NCBI GenBank assembly: GCA_963780865.1 | Contig: CAWADT010000013.1 | Coordinates: forward strand, 246,491 to 310,490 | Reading direction: 5' to 3' | Origin: an uncultured Chloroflexia bacterium | Lineage (GTDB): Bacteria; Chloroflexota; Anaerolineae; Anaerolineales; RBG-16-64-43 | DNA length: 64,000 bases | Shown: piece after piece, positions 41,298 to 50,435 of the stretch | Numbering within the stretch: the first letter of the stretch is position 1 | Layout: every line of letters begins with the position of its first letter | Notes under the pieces: generated by a model | Database searches by the model: none | Told to the model about the DNA's origin: nothing | Seen by the model: only the letters and a program-made list of their open reading frames with translations | Position numbers and translations under genes: made by a program

Positions 41298-42233
41298 TTG
41301 GTTATCCTGGAGCTCCGAGAACTGGCTCAAGTCCTTGACTTCAAGGTGAATTCCATTCAAAAGGAATTTACCTCGATCGCCGATCGTTTGGCCGCCTTGC
41401 GCCGGAAATGGGTCGAGGTCGAGGAACCGGAGCGCCCGGGCATTATTAAGGAACAGGAAGTTCTGAAAGAGAAACAACTCCTCTTGGCGGAACAGATAAA
41501 CATCTGGAGAGACCGGCTTCGCTCCGTCGAAATGCCCTTGGGCGAAGCGGCTACGAAAGCTTCCTTGGAGGAAATGCTTGGATCCGGGGATCCGCAGGTC
41601 GTTGCCGCGGTGGAAAATGCCAAGCGGCTAATGGCCATGGACCCCGAGGAGAAAGCGATCCTATTCAACAAAGCCGCCGCAGTCTCCGCCAATACGCCGG
41701 TGGGCAGGCTTATGGAGCGGGCTCGGTCTTCCTACGATCTCCGCAACGGCGGGCCGGTCGCCCGGCAGGAAGCCGCCGTCGAATTCGCCAATCGCTCGGG
41801 TGTATCGCAGGACAACTCGGTGATTGCGGATCTGGAGGAAGCTTCGCAAAATCCCGATGTTATTCTCGCCGACGTGGCGGCCCGCACTCTCGTCCAGATC
41901 CTAAGGTTCCGCGCGGTCCGTGCCGCTGAGCTGGATACCGTCTTTCAAGCGGTGCAGAAGCTCGTGAAAATCAGGAACCCGCTGGTCATTCCGGTGCTGG
42001 TCGAAATCCTGCGGACCCCGCGCCAGGGGTACGTCTATCTGGACGGCAACCTGCAGGAGGGGTCCAACGGGCTTTCGCGGATGCTGGCGCTGATTGCCTT
42101 GGTGGAATGGCGCACCCGCGAAGCGCAGGACGCGATTCGCACAAGGTTGAACGATCGGGATCCGGAAATCTTCAACGCGGCGGAAAAAGCGCTGCAGGCT
42201 TTCCCCGGCGACTGGACTGGGAATCCTGGTTAA
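41298..42233 (+). CDS. Hypothetical alpha-helical protein (N-terminal coiled coil, HEAT-like repeats)
   Basis: GGAGG RBS + TTG; 'LNDRDPEIFNAAEKAL' HEAT-like motif. Confidence 0.7.
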   Translation: MVILELRELAQVLDFKVNSIQKEFTSIADRLAALRRKWVEVEEPERPGIIKEQEVLKEKQLLLAEQINIWRDRLRSVEMPLGEAATKASLEEMLGSGDPQVVAAVENAKRLMAMDPEEKAILFNKAAAVSANTPVGRLMERARSSYDLRNGGPVARQEAAVEFANRSGVSQDNSVIADLEEASQNPDVILADVAARTLVQILRFRAVRAAELDTVFQAVQKLVKIRNPLVIPVLVEILRTPRQGYVYLDGNLQEGSNGLSRMLALIALVEWRTREAQDAIRTRLNDRDPEIFNAAEKALQAFPGDWTGNPG

Positions 42234-42243
42234 GGAGCACAAA

Positions 42244-42573
42244 ATGGATCTTGCGATGACCACGACGACCTTCTCCATCGACGGATATCGCGTAGTGCGA
42301 AATCTGGGTGTGGTGCGCGGGATCACCGTCCGCTCGCGCAGCGTTTTGGGAAACCTGGCCGGTGGAATCCAAACGCTCTTCGGCGGGAACATCACCATTT
42401 TCACCGAGTTGTGCGAACACGCGCGGCTGGAAGCCTTTCAACTGCTGCTGCAACACGCGCAGGACCTCGGAGCGAACGCCATCATCGGAATCCGCTACGA
42501 TGCCAACGACGTGATGGACGGCGTCACCGAAGTCCTGGCGTACGGCACGGCGGTTGTCGTCGAGAAAGCCTAG
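42244..42573 (+). CDS. YbjQ (UPF0145) family protein
   Basis: 'LGVVRGITVRSR', 'GANAIIGIRYD', 'EVLAYGTAV'. Confidence 0.92.
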   Translation: MDLAMTTTTFSIDGYRVVRNLGVVRGITVRSRSVLGNLAGGIQTLFGGNITIFTELCEHARLEAFQLLLQHAQDLGANAIIGIRYDANDVMDGVTEVLAYGTAVVVEKA

Positions 42574-42610
42574 GCCGGCAGGTCCTCCGCCTTCGGAAGG
42601 GTGGCCGATT

Positions 42611-43174
42611 ATGATTTCCCCACAATCCAAACTACGCTTGCTGCGCATTGCCAGGGTCGCTATCGAATCCGCCGCAAAAAATATTTCGGAACCTGAGCTG
42701 GCTCTCTCTTCGTTGCCGATCGAACTCCAAGCCGAGGGCGCCTGCTTTGTGACGTTGACGTCCGGCGGCGACTTGCGCGGTTGCATCGGGAGCTTGGAGG
42801 CGCGCCAACCGCTGGCGCTCGACGTCCAGGAGCATGCCGCGGATGCAGCCTCCCGTGATTTCCGGTTCCAGCCTTTGACCGAATCCGAGTTGCCGGACGT
42901 GCACATTGAAATCTCGGTCCTCAGCGCGCCCTCACCGCTAGCCTATCAAAACGCGGAGGAACTTCCCGGATTACTTCATCCCGGCGTCGACGGCGTCGTC
43001 CTGGCGCGCGGATTGAGGCGGGCGACCTTTCTCCCCCAGGTCTGGGAAAAAATAACCGATCCCTCGACATTTCTTGATATGTTGTGCGAGAAAATGGGAT
43101 TCGAATACGACCTTTGGCGCCGCGAAAAATTGGATGTCTTCACCTATTCCGTGGAAAGTTTTGAAGAAGAATGA
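42611..43174 (+). CDS. AMMECR1 domain protein (AmmeMemoRadiSam system protein A)
   Basis: 'ACFVTL...LRGCIG', 'EISVLS', 'ATFLPQVW'. Confidence 0.92.
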   Translation: MISPQSKLRLLRIARVAIESAAKNISEPELALSSLPIELQAEGACFVTLTSGGDLRGCIGSLEARQPLALDVQEHAADAASRDFRFQPLTESELPDVHIEISVLSAPSPLAYQNAEELPGLLHPGVDGVVLARGLRRATFLPQVWEKITDPSTFLDMLCEKMGFEYDLWRREKLDVFTYSVESFEEE

Positions 43175-43265
43175 ACGACCGCGCGGCATCGTGGAGAGCA
43201 ACCCCGAAGAACATACGCGGCAAGCCCGCTTTCTGCATCTTTTACAAATAAAGCAAGCGGGATAA
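43170..43265. repeat. Dispersed palindromic element, copy D (opposite orientation)
   Basis: Reverse complement reads TTATCCCGC ... GTTCTTCGGGGTTGCTCTCC ... GCCGCGCGGTCGTTCATT. Confidence 0.72.
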
Positions 43266-43304
43266 CGAACGGATTCGAAGAGTTTTATTCCTTGTTTGGC
43301 GGAA

Positions 43305-43347
43305 AAGAAAACTCGGGGTTGCTTGATGCGGCAACCCCGAGTTCTTT
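43305..43347. terminator. Hairpin, probable bidirectional terminator
   Basis: AACTCGGGGTTGC-loop-GCAACCCCGAGTT between convergent genes. Confidence 0.65.
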
Positions 43348-43394
43348 GCTATATGATTGGATAAGCCAATTACCAATTACTGAATTCCGGATTG

Positions 43395-43898
43395 TCAGAT
43401 TTTAACAAACTTTTCGTGTTTGGTGCCGCAGACCGGGCACACATCCGGCGGAGTGCCTTCCATGGTAAATCCGCAAATCGGGCAGATGAAATACTCCGTA
43501 CTGGCAATATCCTTCCCTGTAGAAACTTCCGCCGCCGCCCGACGATATAACTGGAAATGTACTTTTTCCGCCTGAAGCGCTCGGTGCATCGACTGGTTGG
43601 CTTTCTTCTCGTCCTGTTGTTCGGCGACCGTGATATAGGCGGGATACATTTCTTCGATTTCAAAATTTTCCCCGTCGGCGGCCGCGGCCAAATTCGACAC
43701 CGTTTCCTGGATTCCATCCAGGGCCCGCAGATGATTACCGGCATGGATCCGTTCCGACGCGGCGGCCGCTTCGAACAACCGGGCGACATTGGGAAACCCA
43801 TCTTTCCGGGCGCGATCCGCGAAATTTCCATATCGGATATGCGCTTGGCTTTCTCCGGCAAACGCATTTTGTAGATTGGAATTCGTCATTTTCTTCAT
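43395..43898 (-). CDS. rbr: Rubrerythrin
   Basis: 'AFAGESQA', ExxH pairs, C-terminal CPICG...CPVCG. Confidence 0.94.
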   Translation of the reverse strand: MKKMTNSNLQNAFAGESQAHIRYGNFADRARKDGFPNVARLFEAAAASERIHAGNHLRALDGIQETVSNLAAAADGENFEIEEMYPAYITVAEQQDEKKANQSMHRALQAEKVHFQLYRRAAAEVSTGKDIASTEYFICPICGFTMEGTPPDVCPVCGTKHEKFVKI

Positions 43899-43982
43899 GG
43901 ACCTCTCCTCGAAAAACCGGGGTTATTTTTGCCTTTCCAAGACGACCATTGTACAATACTATGGAAGCCCAGGGTGAGTGTG

Positions 43983-44693
43983 ATGCGCGCCGCAATTTGT
44001 CTCCTCGCGGTCTGTTCCTTGATTACGATCTTCCGTACCCATCTAACTCAGTGGGAATTGCTGAACGGAAATTTCGCCGCCATGACGCCGCAGACGGCTG
44101 CACCCATGCTCCCGCTGCGCTCAGCGGATTTGAATTCAGACGGAAAAATCGAAAGCATCGTGCTCCACGGCAACCGCGTTTCCATCCAGGCCGGGCCGGA
44201 CACGCTTTGGTCCAGCCCGTCGGAATGGAAAATAGATCAGGCGCAAATCACCGATCTCGATCACGACGGCCGCCCGGAATTGACCTTGCTGGTTTGGAGA
44301 CCGTTCACTCCCTGGCCGATCAATTCTTTCCTGCCCCATGGCGGGAGAATAAGCGGTTTTCACGACGCGCAGAATCAAAGCTGTCATATAATCCTTATCG
44401 CGTGGAAGCAGACTGAATTTCGCGAACTATGGGCGGGTTCCGCATTGGCTGAGCCCATTTTGGATTTTTCCGCGGGTGACTGGAACGGGGATGGGCGCCA
44501 GGAACTCATGGCGGTCGAGACCGGGTACGATCAGCCGGCCGAAGCCAAGGCGCTCTCGTTGTGGGAATGGAACGGATTTGGGTTTTCACTTCTGCGCCGG
44601 CGGACAATTCAAATTGGAAAATTTATTTTCTTAACGGGCCGGGAAGGAAACCCTTCCGTACTGATCGATCAAACCGGTTGGTTTTCGGGGTGA
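43983..44693 (+). CDS. Secreted FG-GAP/VCBS-like repeat protein
   Basis: N-terminal hydrophobic segment; three DxxxDG motifs (DLNSDGK, DLDHDGR, DWNGDGR); 'WEWNGFGF'. Confidence 0.72.
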   Translation: MRAAICLLAVCSLITIFRTHLTQWELLNGNFAAMTPQTAAPMLPLRSADLNSDGKIESIVLHGNRVSIQAGPDTLWSSPSEWKIDQAQITDLDHDGRPELTLLVWRPFTPWPINSFLPHGGRISGFHDAQNQSCHIILIAWKQTEFRELWAGSALAEPILDFSAGDWNGDGRQELMAVETGYDQPAEAKALSLWEWNGFGFSLLRRRTIQIGKFIFLTGREGNPSVLIDQTGWFSG

Positions 44694-44705
44694 GGAGGGA
44701 ATTCC

Positions 44706-46910
44706 ATGGATAAAAAGATCTCTTCGTGCGGCATTCTCCTGCTGGTTTTGGCGGGATTTGCTTTTGCGTGCAACTTAATGCCGGCATCCGCCACAGGAAA
44801 GGCGGTGACATCCACTTCTAGCGCGCTACCCGCCGGTCCATCTCCCACCGCTCCTTCCAACGCGCGGCTGGGAGCCTTCGCGGATTACCCGTCCATTCCT
44901 GTCAACCTTCCCGCTTCCTTCGCCGGAGGATATTCCCTTCCGGTCGATCTCTCGCAGGTTACGGGCGCCGATGCGCTTTCCCTTTCCTCCGCCCAGAAGG
45001 CAGCCCTATCCGACAATGGCTTTTTCGCATCTCCGCCTCAGCCGGGACAATTCCGCGAGTTCTATCAAATCTACGAGTCGCTTCGCTACGAATCGGATCA
45101 ACCGGTGTTCGCCACCACCGATGCCGTGTACCACATCTACCATTTGATCTTCGATAAAATGCTTCGCGATTTGGAACGCGATAATTTCACTTCGGCCTTA
45201 AAGACACTGACCAGTACTTTGCTTGCCGCTTCGCATGCCCAATTCCAGCAGGTTCAGGGAACCGCGCTCGAGGAGCAGGCGCGGAGGAATGTCGCCTATT
45301 TTGCCGTGGCGGCGCAGTTGCTCGGCCTGCCGGATCAGGTGCCATCCGAATCCGCTGACCTTACCTCGGCCGAGCTTGCGCTGATCATGGCCCACAGCGG
45401 ACCGGCGCTCTCGCCGATCTGGGACCGGCCGGATCTGCCGAATGATCAAAAGTACATCGAAGATTACAGTCAGTATGTTCCGCGCGGCCATTACACCCTG
45501 AGCGAAGACCTGCAGCGATATTTCCGGACCATGATGTGGTATGGCAGAATGACCTTCCGCCTGCGCGACAGCTTTGAAACCCAGCGGGCGCTCCTGGCCA
45601 CTCAGGCTCTGCGCACCGCCACCTCTCCCGGCGGCGCCTCCGCGTCTCAACTCTGGCAGCTCATCTACGAACCAACCGTGTTTATCGTCGGGAAGGCGGA
45701 CGACCTTTCCTTCGCCGAATACGGGGCGCTATCGGATTCGGTATTTGGGGCGGGTGCGCCGCCATCGGCATTCGCGGATCCGGCGAAGATCGCGGCATTC
45801 CTTACTGCGGCGAAATCTCTACCGCCTCCCCAAGTCAATTCGATGTGGGTCTGGATCTGGGAGGATAAGACCGACGCCACCAAAGGGTTCCGGGTAATGG
45901 GGCAGCGTTTCACTTTGGATGAATATGTCTTCGGCCAAATGATCTGGCGAAATGTGGGAACCCAGGACAATCCGCGCGGCCTGCCCAAGGCGTTGGATTT
46001 CTTTGCGGCTATGGGTTCGGCCGAATCCCTTTCCATTTTGCGCTCGGAAGGGGAAGATCAATATACAAATTTCAACACTCAGATGACCAAAGTCCAGGGA
46101 GAAATTTCCAGCTTGCAAACGGATTCCTGGACCCAAAACCTGTATTATTCCTGGCTGTACTCATTCCAGCCGCTCCTTTCCGCAAAAGACAACCGCTTCC
46201 CGCCTTTCATGCGGGCTCAACCCTGGGTTCGCAAAGAACTGCAGACGGCATTGGGTTCCTGGACTGAGTTGAAGCACGATACCATCCTGTACGTCAAACA
46301 AGTGATGGCCGAAATGGGCGGCGGTGCGCCGGGCGGCCCGCCGCACGGGTACGTGGAGCCAAATCCGGAAGCCTACGCGCGCCTCCGGGCATTGGCGATG
46401 ATGACCAAATCGGGCCTTGCCAGCCGCAATTTACTTTCCAAAACAACGGGTGGCAATCTGGATAATTTGATCGATCTCCTGGCATTCCTGCAAACCGTTT
46501 CCGAGAAGGAGCTTGCCGGCCAGGCCATCACCGATGACGAATATTGGAAAATTCAATATTTCGGCGGGACGCTTGAGGCGTTAACCATTGCCGCTGCTGA
46601 TCGTGACACCCAGACCGGCAACTACAAGGATCTTTCCGACCAGAAAGCGGCGTTGGTGGCAGACGTGGCCACCGGCATTGCCAAAGATGGCAGCCTGGTC
46701 GTCCTGGAGGAGGGGGTCGGTCAACCCACGTTCATCTATGTCGTCCTTCCAGATGCCCCATTTCGAATCGGCATAGGAGCGATTTATACGTATTACGAGT
46801 TCACGGTCGCACCGGCGAATCGCATGACAGATGAAACCTGGCAGGCTCAAGTCGCCGGCGCGTCCCCTCCCGCGCAGCCGGAATGGACTTCGTCCTTTAT
46901 CGTGCCGTAG
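44706..46910 (+). CDS. DUF3160-like lipoprotein
   Basis: Lipobox FAFAC; 'EDYSQYVPRGHYT', 'YFRTMMWYGR', 'GSWTELKHDTILY', 'GYVEPNP'. Confidence 0.82.
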   Translation: MDKKISSCGILLLVLAGFAFACNLMPASATGKAVTSTSSALPAGPSPTAPSNARLGAFADYPSIPVNLPASFAGGYSLPVDLSQVTGADALSLSSAQKAALSDNGFFASPPQPGQFREFYQIYESLRYESDQPVFATTDAVYHIYHLIFDKMLRDLERDNFTSALKTLTSTLLAASHAQFQQVQGTALEEQARRNVAYFAVAAQLLGLPDQVPSESADLTSAELALIMAHSGPALSPIWDRPDLPNDQKYIEDYSQYVPRGHYTLSEDLQRYFRTMMWYGRMTFRLRDSFETQRALLATQALRTATSPGGASASQLWQLIYEPTVFIVGKADDLSFAEYGALSDSVFGAGAPPSAFADPAKIAAFLTAAKSLPPPQVNSMWVWIWEDKTDATKGFRVMGQRFTLDEYVFGQMIWRNVGTQDNPRGLPKALDFFAAMGSAESLSILRSEGEDQYTNFNTQMTKVQGEISSLQTDSWTQNLYYSWLYSFQPLLSAKDNRFPPFMRAQPWVRKELQTALGSWTELKHDTILYVKQVMAEMGGGAPGGPPHGYVEPNPEAYARLRALAMMTKSGLASRNLLSKTTGGNLDNLIDLLAFLQTVSEKELAGQAITDDEYWKIQYFGGTLEALTIAAADRDTQTGNYKDLSDQKAALVADVATGIAKDGSLVVLEEGVGQPTFIYVVLPDAPFRIGIGAIYTYYEFTVAPANRMTDETWQAQVAGASPPAQPEWTSSFIVP

Positions 46911-46993
46911 CATCCCGGTTCAGGCTCATCCGCCGGGAGATCAATGGATGAAGGGTCGACGACGGGAAGAGGCGTTACCATATAAACCCACCC

Positions 46994-47923
46994 GTGGATA
47001 AACCACAGCGCGCTATGCGGTTGCGCTGCGTTGCGTTTGCGGCCATCGCGTCGGTTTTTCTTTCCTCCGGAGGATATGAACCCTCCGCGACGATCGTGTT
47101 TTTGGGGGACGTTATGTTGGGCAGAGGCGTCGCGCGCGCGCACATGTCCGGCGGATGGGACCATACCCTGCAATCCCTGAACCCCATCCTCCATTCCGCC
47201 GATCTTGCCCTGGCGAATTTGGAGTCACCGATTGATTGCGGAACTTCCGTACCATCAGACCCGCGCGTGCTGCTCGCCCCATCCGGCTCCATCGCGGCAT
47301 TGACTTCCGCCGGTTTGGATATCGCTTCCGTTGCCAACAATCATGCGCTAGACGGCGGCGATCGCGGAGTGGAATGCACCCGGGACATTTTGTCTCAGCA
47401 TGCCATTGGAATTTTAGATTCAACGTCGACCTTGCTCATCTCGATTCAAGGAATCCGTCTCGCCTTTCTTGCGGCCGACCTTACGGGCGCCTATTCGCCC
47501 CAGGATGTTGACGATCTTGGCCTAAAGGTCCATGATCTTCGCCGCCAAGGCAATCTTGTAATCGTTTCGCTTCATTGGGGGATGGAGTATCAGTCGGGGG
47601 CTGACGATCTGCAAAAAAGGATTGCGCAATCGCTGGCCGGTTCGGGGGCGAACATCCTTTGGGGGCACCACCCGCACGCCGTGCAGGAGACCGGCTGGAT
47701 TGGTGACACGCTGGTTCTTTACAGCCTGGGCAACGCCGTGTTCGACCAATTGGAGCCGGCCTCCGCGCGCGAGGGTGAGTTGGCGTGGGTGGAAGTGGAC
47801 CGGCGCGGCGTTCGTTTGTATGCCGGGATCCGGTTTAAGCTTGACCCGTTACGAGGACAAACCGGCGCCATCGAACCCTCGACGCTTCGATTTTCCTTGG
47901 TTCCTGCATCCGCACAGCAATAA
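46994..47923 (+). CDS. CapA family metallophosphoesterase-like protein
   Basis: 'LGDVMLGR', 'ANLE', 'ANNH', 'SLHWGMEY', 'GHHPH', 'YSLGN'; start uncertain. Confidence 0.85.
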   Translation: MDKPQRAMRLRCVAFAAIASVFLSSGGYEPSATIVFLGDVMLGRGVARAHMSGGWDHTLQSLNPILHSADLALANLESPIDCGTSVPSDPRVLLAPSGSIAALTSAGLDIASVANNHALDGGDRGVECTRDILSQHAIGILDSTSTLLISIQGIRLAFLAADLTGAYSPQDVDDLGLKVHDLRRQGNLVIVSLHWGMEYQSGADDLQKRIAQSLAGSGANILWGHHPHAVQETGWIGDTLVLYSLGNAVFDQLEPASAREGELAWVEVDRRGVRLYAGIRFKLDPLRGQTGAIEPSTLRFSLVPASAQQ

Positions 47924-48059
47924 TTTGCTCCTCCACGTCAGGACGGTCCTGATCCATCTTCCCTGCCGCAATATAATAAGATGGGTTTCCAAGTTCCCCT
48001 CGATCGACTACCTCCGGGGTAATTCCCCAGGGAGAATTATCTTGGCAGCAGGAGTTTCT

Positions 48060-48989
48060 ATGGAGACGATTCCTTACAAAGGCTGGGCCCATTGCATCCG
48101 GTTGGCCAATCCAACCGTGGAAATGGTGATTACCGGGGATGTCGGCCCGAGGATCATCCGCTTTGGGTTCGTTGGTCAGCCGAACGAATTTTATGAAGAC
48201 GAGACCTGGGCCGGAAAATCGGGCGATCCCGAATTCCATTCCTATGGCGGGCACCGGCTCTGGTGCGCTCCGGAAAATGCGACGCTGACATACATTCCCG
48301 ACAACCGTCCGGTAACCATCGATCCCTTACCTGGAGGCGTGCACTTGACGCCGCCTCCGGAAGCTCCCGCGGGCATGCAAAAAGAGTGGTTCGTGTGGTT
48401 GGATCCTGTCCAAGCCCACGGTCGCATCCGGCACCGACTGACCAACATCGGATCCCGGCCGGTTCAGATCGCGCCTTGGGCGCTTACGGTCATGGCCTCC
48501 GGAGGAACGGCGGTATTGCCGCTGCCTCCGCGCGGCCCGCATGCTAAAGAAAACATGCTCCCCAAAAGCCTGCTTGCCCTGTGGGCGTATACGAATATGT
48601 CCGACCCGCGCTGGGGGTGGGGAGAGAAATACATCCGGCTGCGTCAGGATTCGAAATTTGCCAAACCGCAAAAAATAGGCGCGCCCGTCCCCGACGGATG
48701 GGCCGCCTATTGCCGGCAGGAGCATCTCTTTCTCAAACTTTTTTCCTTCCAAGCGGATAAAGAATATCCCGACCTGGGCGCTTCGGCGGAATTATTTACG
48801 AATGGGGAAATCTTGGAGGTCGAGACGCTCGGCCCTTTGCTCACGCTTTCGCCCGGCCAATCGGTGGATCATATGGAAGACTGGTTTCTATTCGATAACG
48901 TTCCTACGCCGGCGGGCGATCTGGAAATTGATAGGACGATTCTGCCAAAGGTTAAAATGGCGCGGGGTATGTTCCTGCCACCCGAATAA
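48060..48989 (+). CDS. Hypothetical protein, galactose-mutarotase-like fold suspected
   Basis: AGGAG RBS; 'DVGPRII', 'YGGHRLW.APE', 'LEVETLGPL'. Confidence 0.7.
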   Translation: METIPYKGWAHCIRLANPTVEMVITGDVGPRIIRFGFVGQPNEFYEDETWAGKSGDPEFHSYGGHRLWCAPENATLTYIPDNRPVTIDPLPGGVHLTPPPEAPAGMQKEWFVWLDPVQAHGRIRHRLTNIGSRPVQIAPWALTVMASGGTAVLPLPPRGPHAKENMLPKSLLALWAYTNMSDPRWGWGEKYIRLRQDSKFAKPQKIGAPVPDGWAAYCRQEHLFLKLFSFQADKEYPDLGASAELFTNGEILEVETLGPLLTLSPGQSVDHMEDWFLFDNVPTPAGDLEIDRTILPKVKMARGMFLPPE

Positions 48990-49024
48990 TCACCGATAAG
49001 GCAAAAACGAAGCGGGAATTAACA

Positions 49025-49058
49025 AAAACCGGCCGGAACAATTTTTCCGGCCGGTTTT
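49025..49058. terminator. Bidirectional intrinsic terminator
   Basis: AAAACCGGCCGGAA-loop-TTCCGGCCGGTTTT. Confidence 0.8.
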
Positions 49059-49060
49059 AT

Positions 49061-49732
49061 TTAGTTTATTTTCTTTCCCAATTTTGAGGCGAATAGCTCC
49101 AGTTTGGATTGATGGACTACCGCCAAAACCTCATCGGCGGGCTCCAAGACGGTGGAACCGTGCGGAAGCATCAAATCCCCTTTGTGGATTATGGCGACCA
49201 ACACGCATTCCGCCGGAAGATTCAGATCCCGCACCGCTTTGCCGTTGGCTTCGGAGTCCGGATGAACCTTTTCTTCCACCAGGGAGAAAAGGCCCTTCCG
49301 CAATTTCATCACCGTTACCATGTCACCCAACGACATTTCTTCGGCGATCAGACGCGCCATCATGTCCGCCTGGCTGATGGAAACGTCCACGCCCATCTCC
49401 GGGGTGAACAGCCAGCCGTTTTTCGGGTTGTTCACACGGGAAATCACCCGCGGCACATGGAATTCGAATTTCGCCAAAGAGGTGATGACCAAATTGGTAT
49501 CGTCCTGATCGGTGACGGCGGCCAGGACGTTGGCCTTGGCAATGCCCGCCTCCTCCAATACGGCCGGAGAACTCATTTCGCCGCGGACCACCACTCCGAT
49601 GGGCAATTCGCCTTCCAACCGTTCGATCACGTCATGGCGATCATCCACCACCCGCACCGAATGCCCTCCACGGAGAAGGATATCCGCCAGGTGCGAGCCG
49701 ACTTTGCCGCCTCCGACAATGATCACATTCAT
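49061..49732 (-). CDS. trkA: TrkA/KtrA family RCK protein (TrkA_N + TrkA_C)
   Basis: 'IIVGGGKVG', 'AVTDQDDTN', C-terminal RCK_C. Confidence 0.9.
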   Translation of the reverse strand: MNVIIVGGGKVGSHLADILLRGGHSVRVVDDRHDVIERLEGELPIGVVVRGEMSSPAVLEEAGIAKANVLAAVTDQDDTNLVITSLAKFEFHVPRVISRVNNPKNGWLFTPEMGVDVSISQADMMARLIAEEMSLGDMVTVMKLRKGLFSLVEEKVHPDSEANGKAVRDLNLPAECVLVAIIHKGDLMLPHGSTVLEPADEVLAVVHQSKLELFASKLGKKIN

Positions 49733-50394
49733 GGTTGCCCTCCTTGCCCGATCCCCAACAGATTTTCCAACCGGTCCAGGGCGGATGAAAGGACCGTGAA
49801 GTGGATCAAATCGCCTTCCCGGATTTCAGTTCCGAGCGTCGGAAGAAACGCTTTGTCTTCGCGGGTAATGGCCGCCACTCCGATCTCCCCGGGGACCACG
49901 AGCGCATTCACCATCCGGCCGATCAGGGCAGGGGTAGCTTCGATGGAGAATTGGGAGACCTCGCCGGAGCCGAACGTCCCTTGGGCATCCAATTCTTCGT
50001 GGGTCAGCGTTTCGCGGATTCGTTCGGCGCCCCAGGTGGTGGAAGAAATGGTTACCAAACCGAGCCGCCGGTAAATTTCCGCGCGGCGCGGATCGAACAG
50101 CCGAGCGACGACCCGCGGAACCTTGAAAATGTTCCTAGCGATCCGGGCGGCGACGATATTGGCGTCATCGGAATCGCTCGTGGCGGCGAAGGCGTCGGCG
50201 GTTTCGATCCCGGCGCGGATCAGTACGTCCCGGTCGAACCCCACGCCGATAACGACCTTCCCGTGGAATTGCGGCCCCAGAATCTCGCGGATATTTTCAT
50301 CGCAGTCCACAACCGTCACGTCGTGGCCATCCTCCAGCATCAGCCGGCTGACTTCATACCCCACCCGGCCGCAGCCCATAATAATGACTCTCAT
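49729..50394 (-). CDS. trkA: TrkA/KtrA family RCK protein (TrkA_N + TrkA_C)
   Basis: 'IIMGCGRVG', 'GVGFDRDVL..AGIE', 'VVARLFDPRRAEIY.RLG'. Confidence 0.9.
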   Translation of the reverse strand: MRVIIMGCGRVGYEVSRLMLEDGHDVTVVDCDENIREILGPQFHGKVVIGVGFDRDVLIRAGIETADAFAATSDSDDANIVAARIARNIFKVPRVVARLFDPRRAEIYRRLGLVTISSTTWGAERIRETLTHEELDAQGTFGSGEVSQFSIEATPALIGRMVNALVVPGEIGVAAITREDKAFLPTLGTEIREGDLIHFTVLSSALDRLENLLGIGQGGQP

Positions 50395-50435
50395 AGCACC
50401 GTCCTTTCCCTGGAGTATCCGGCGGAAGGAATCAT

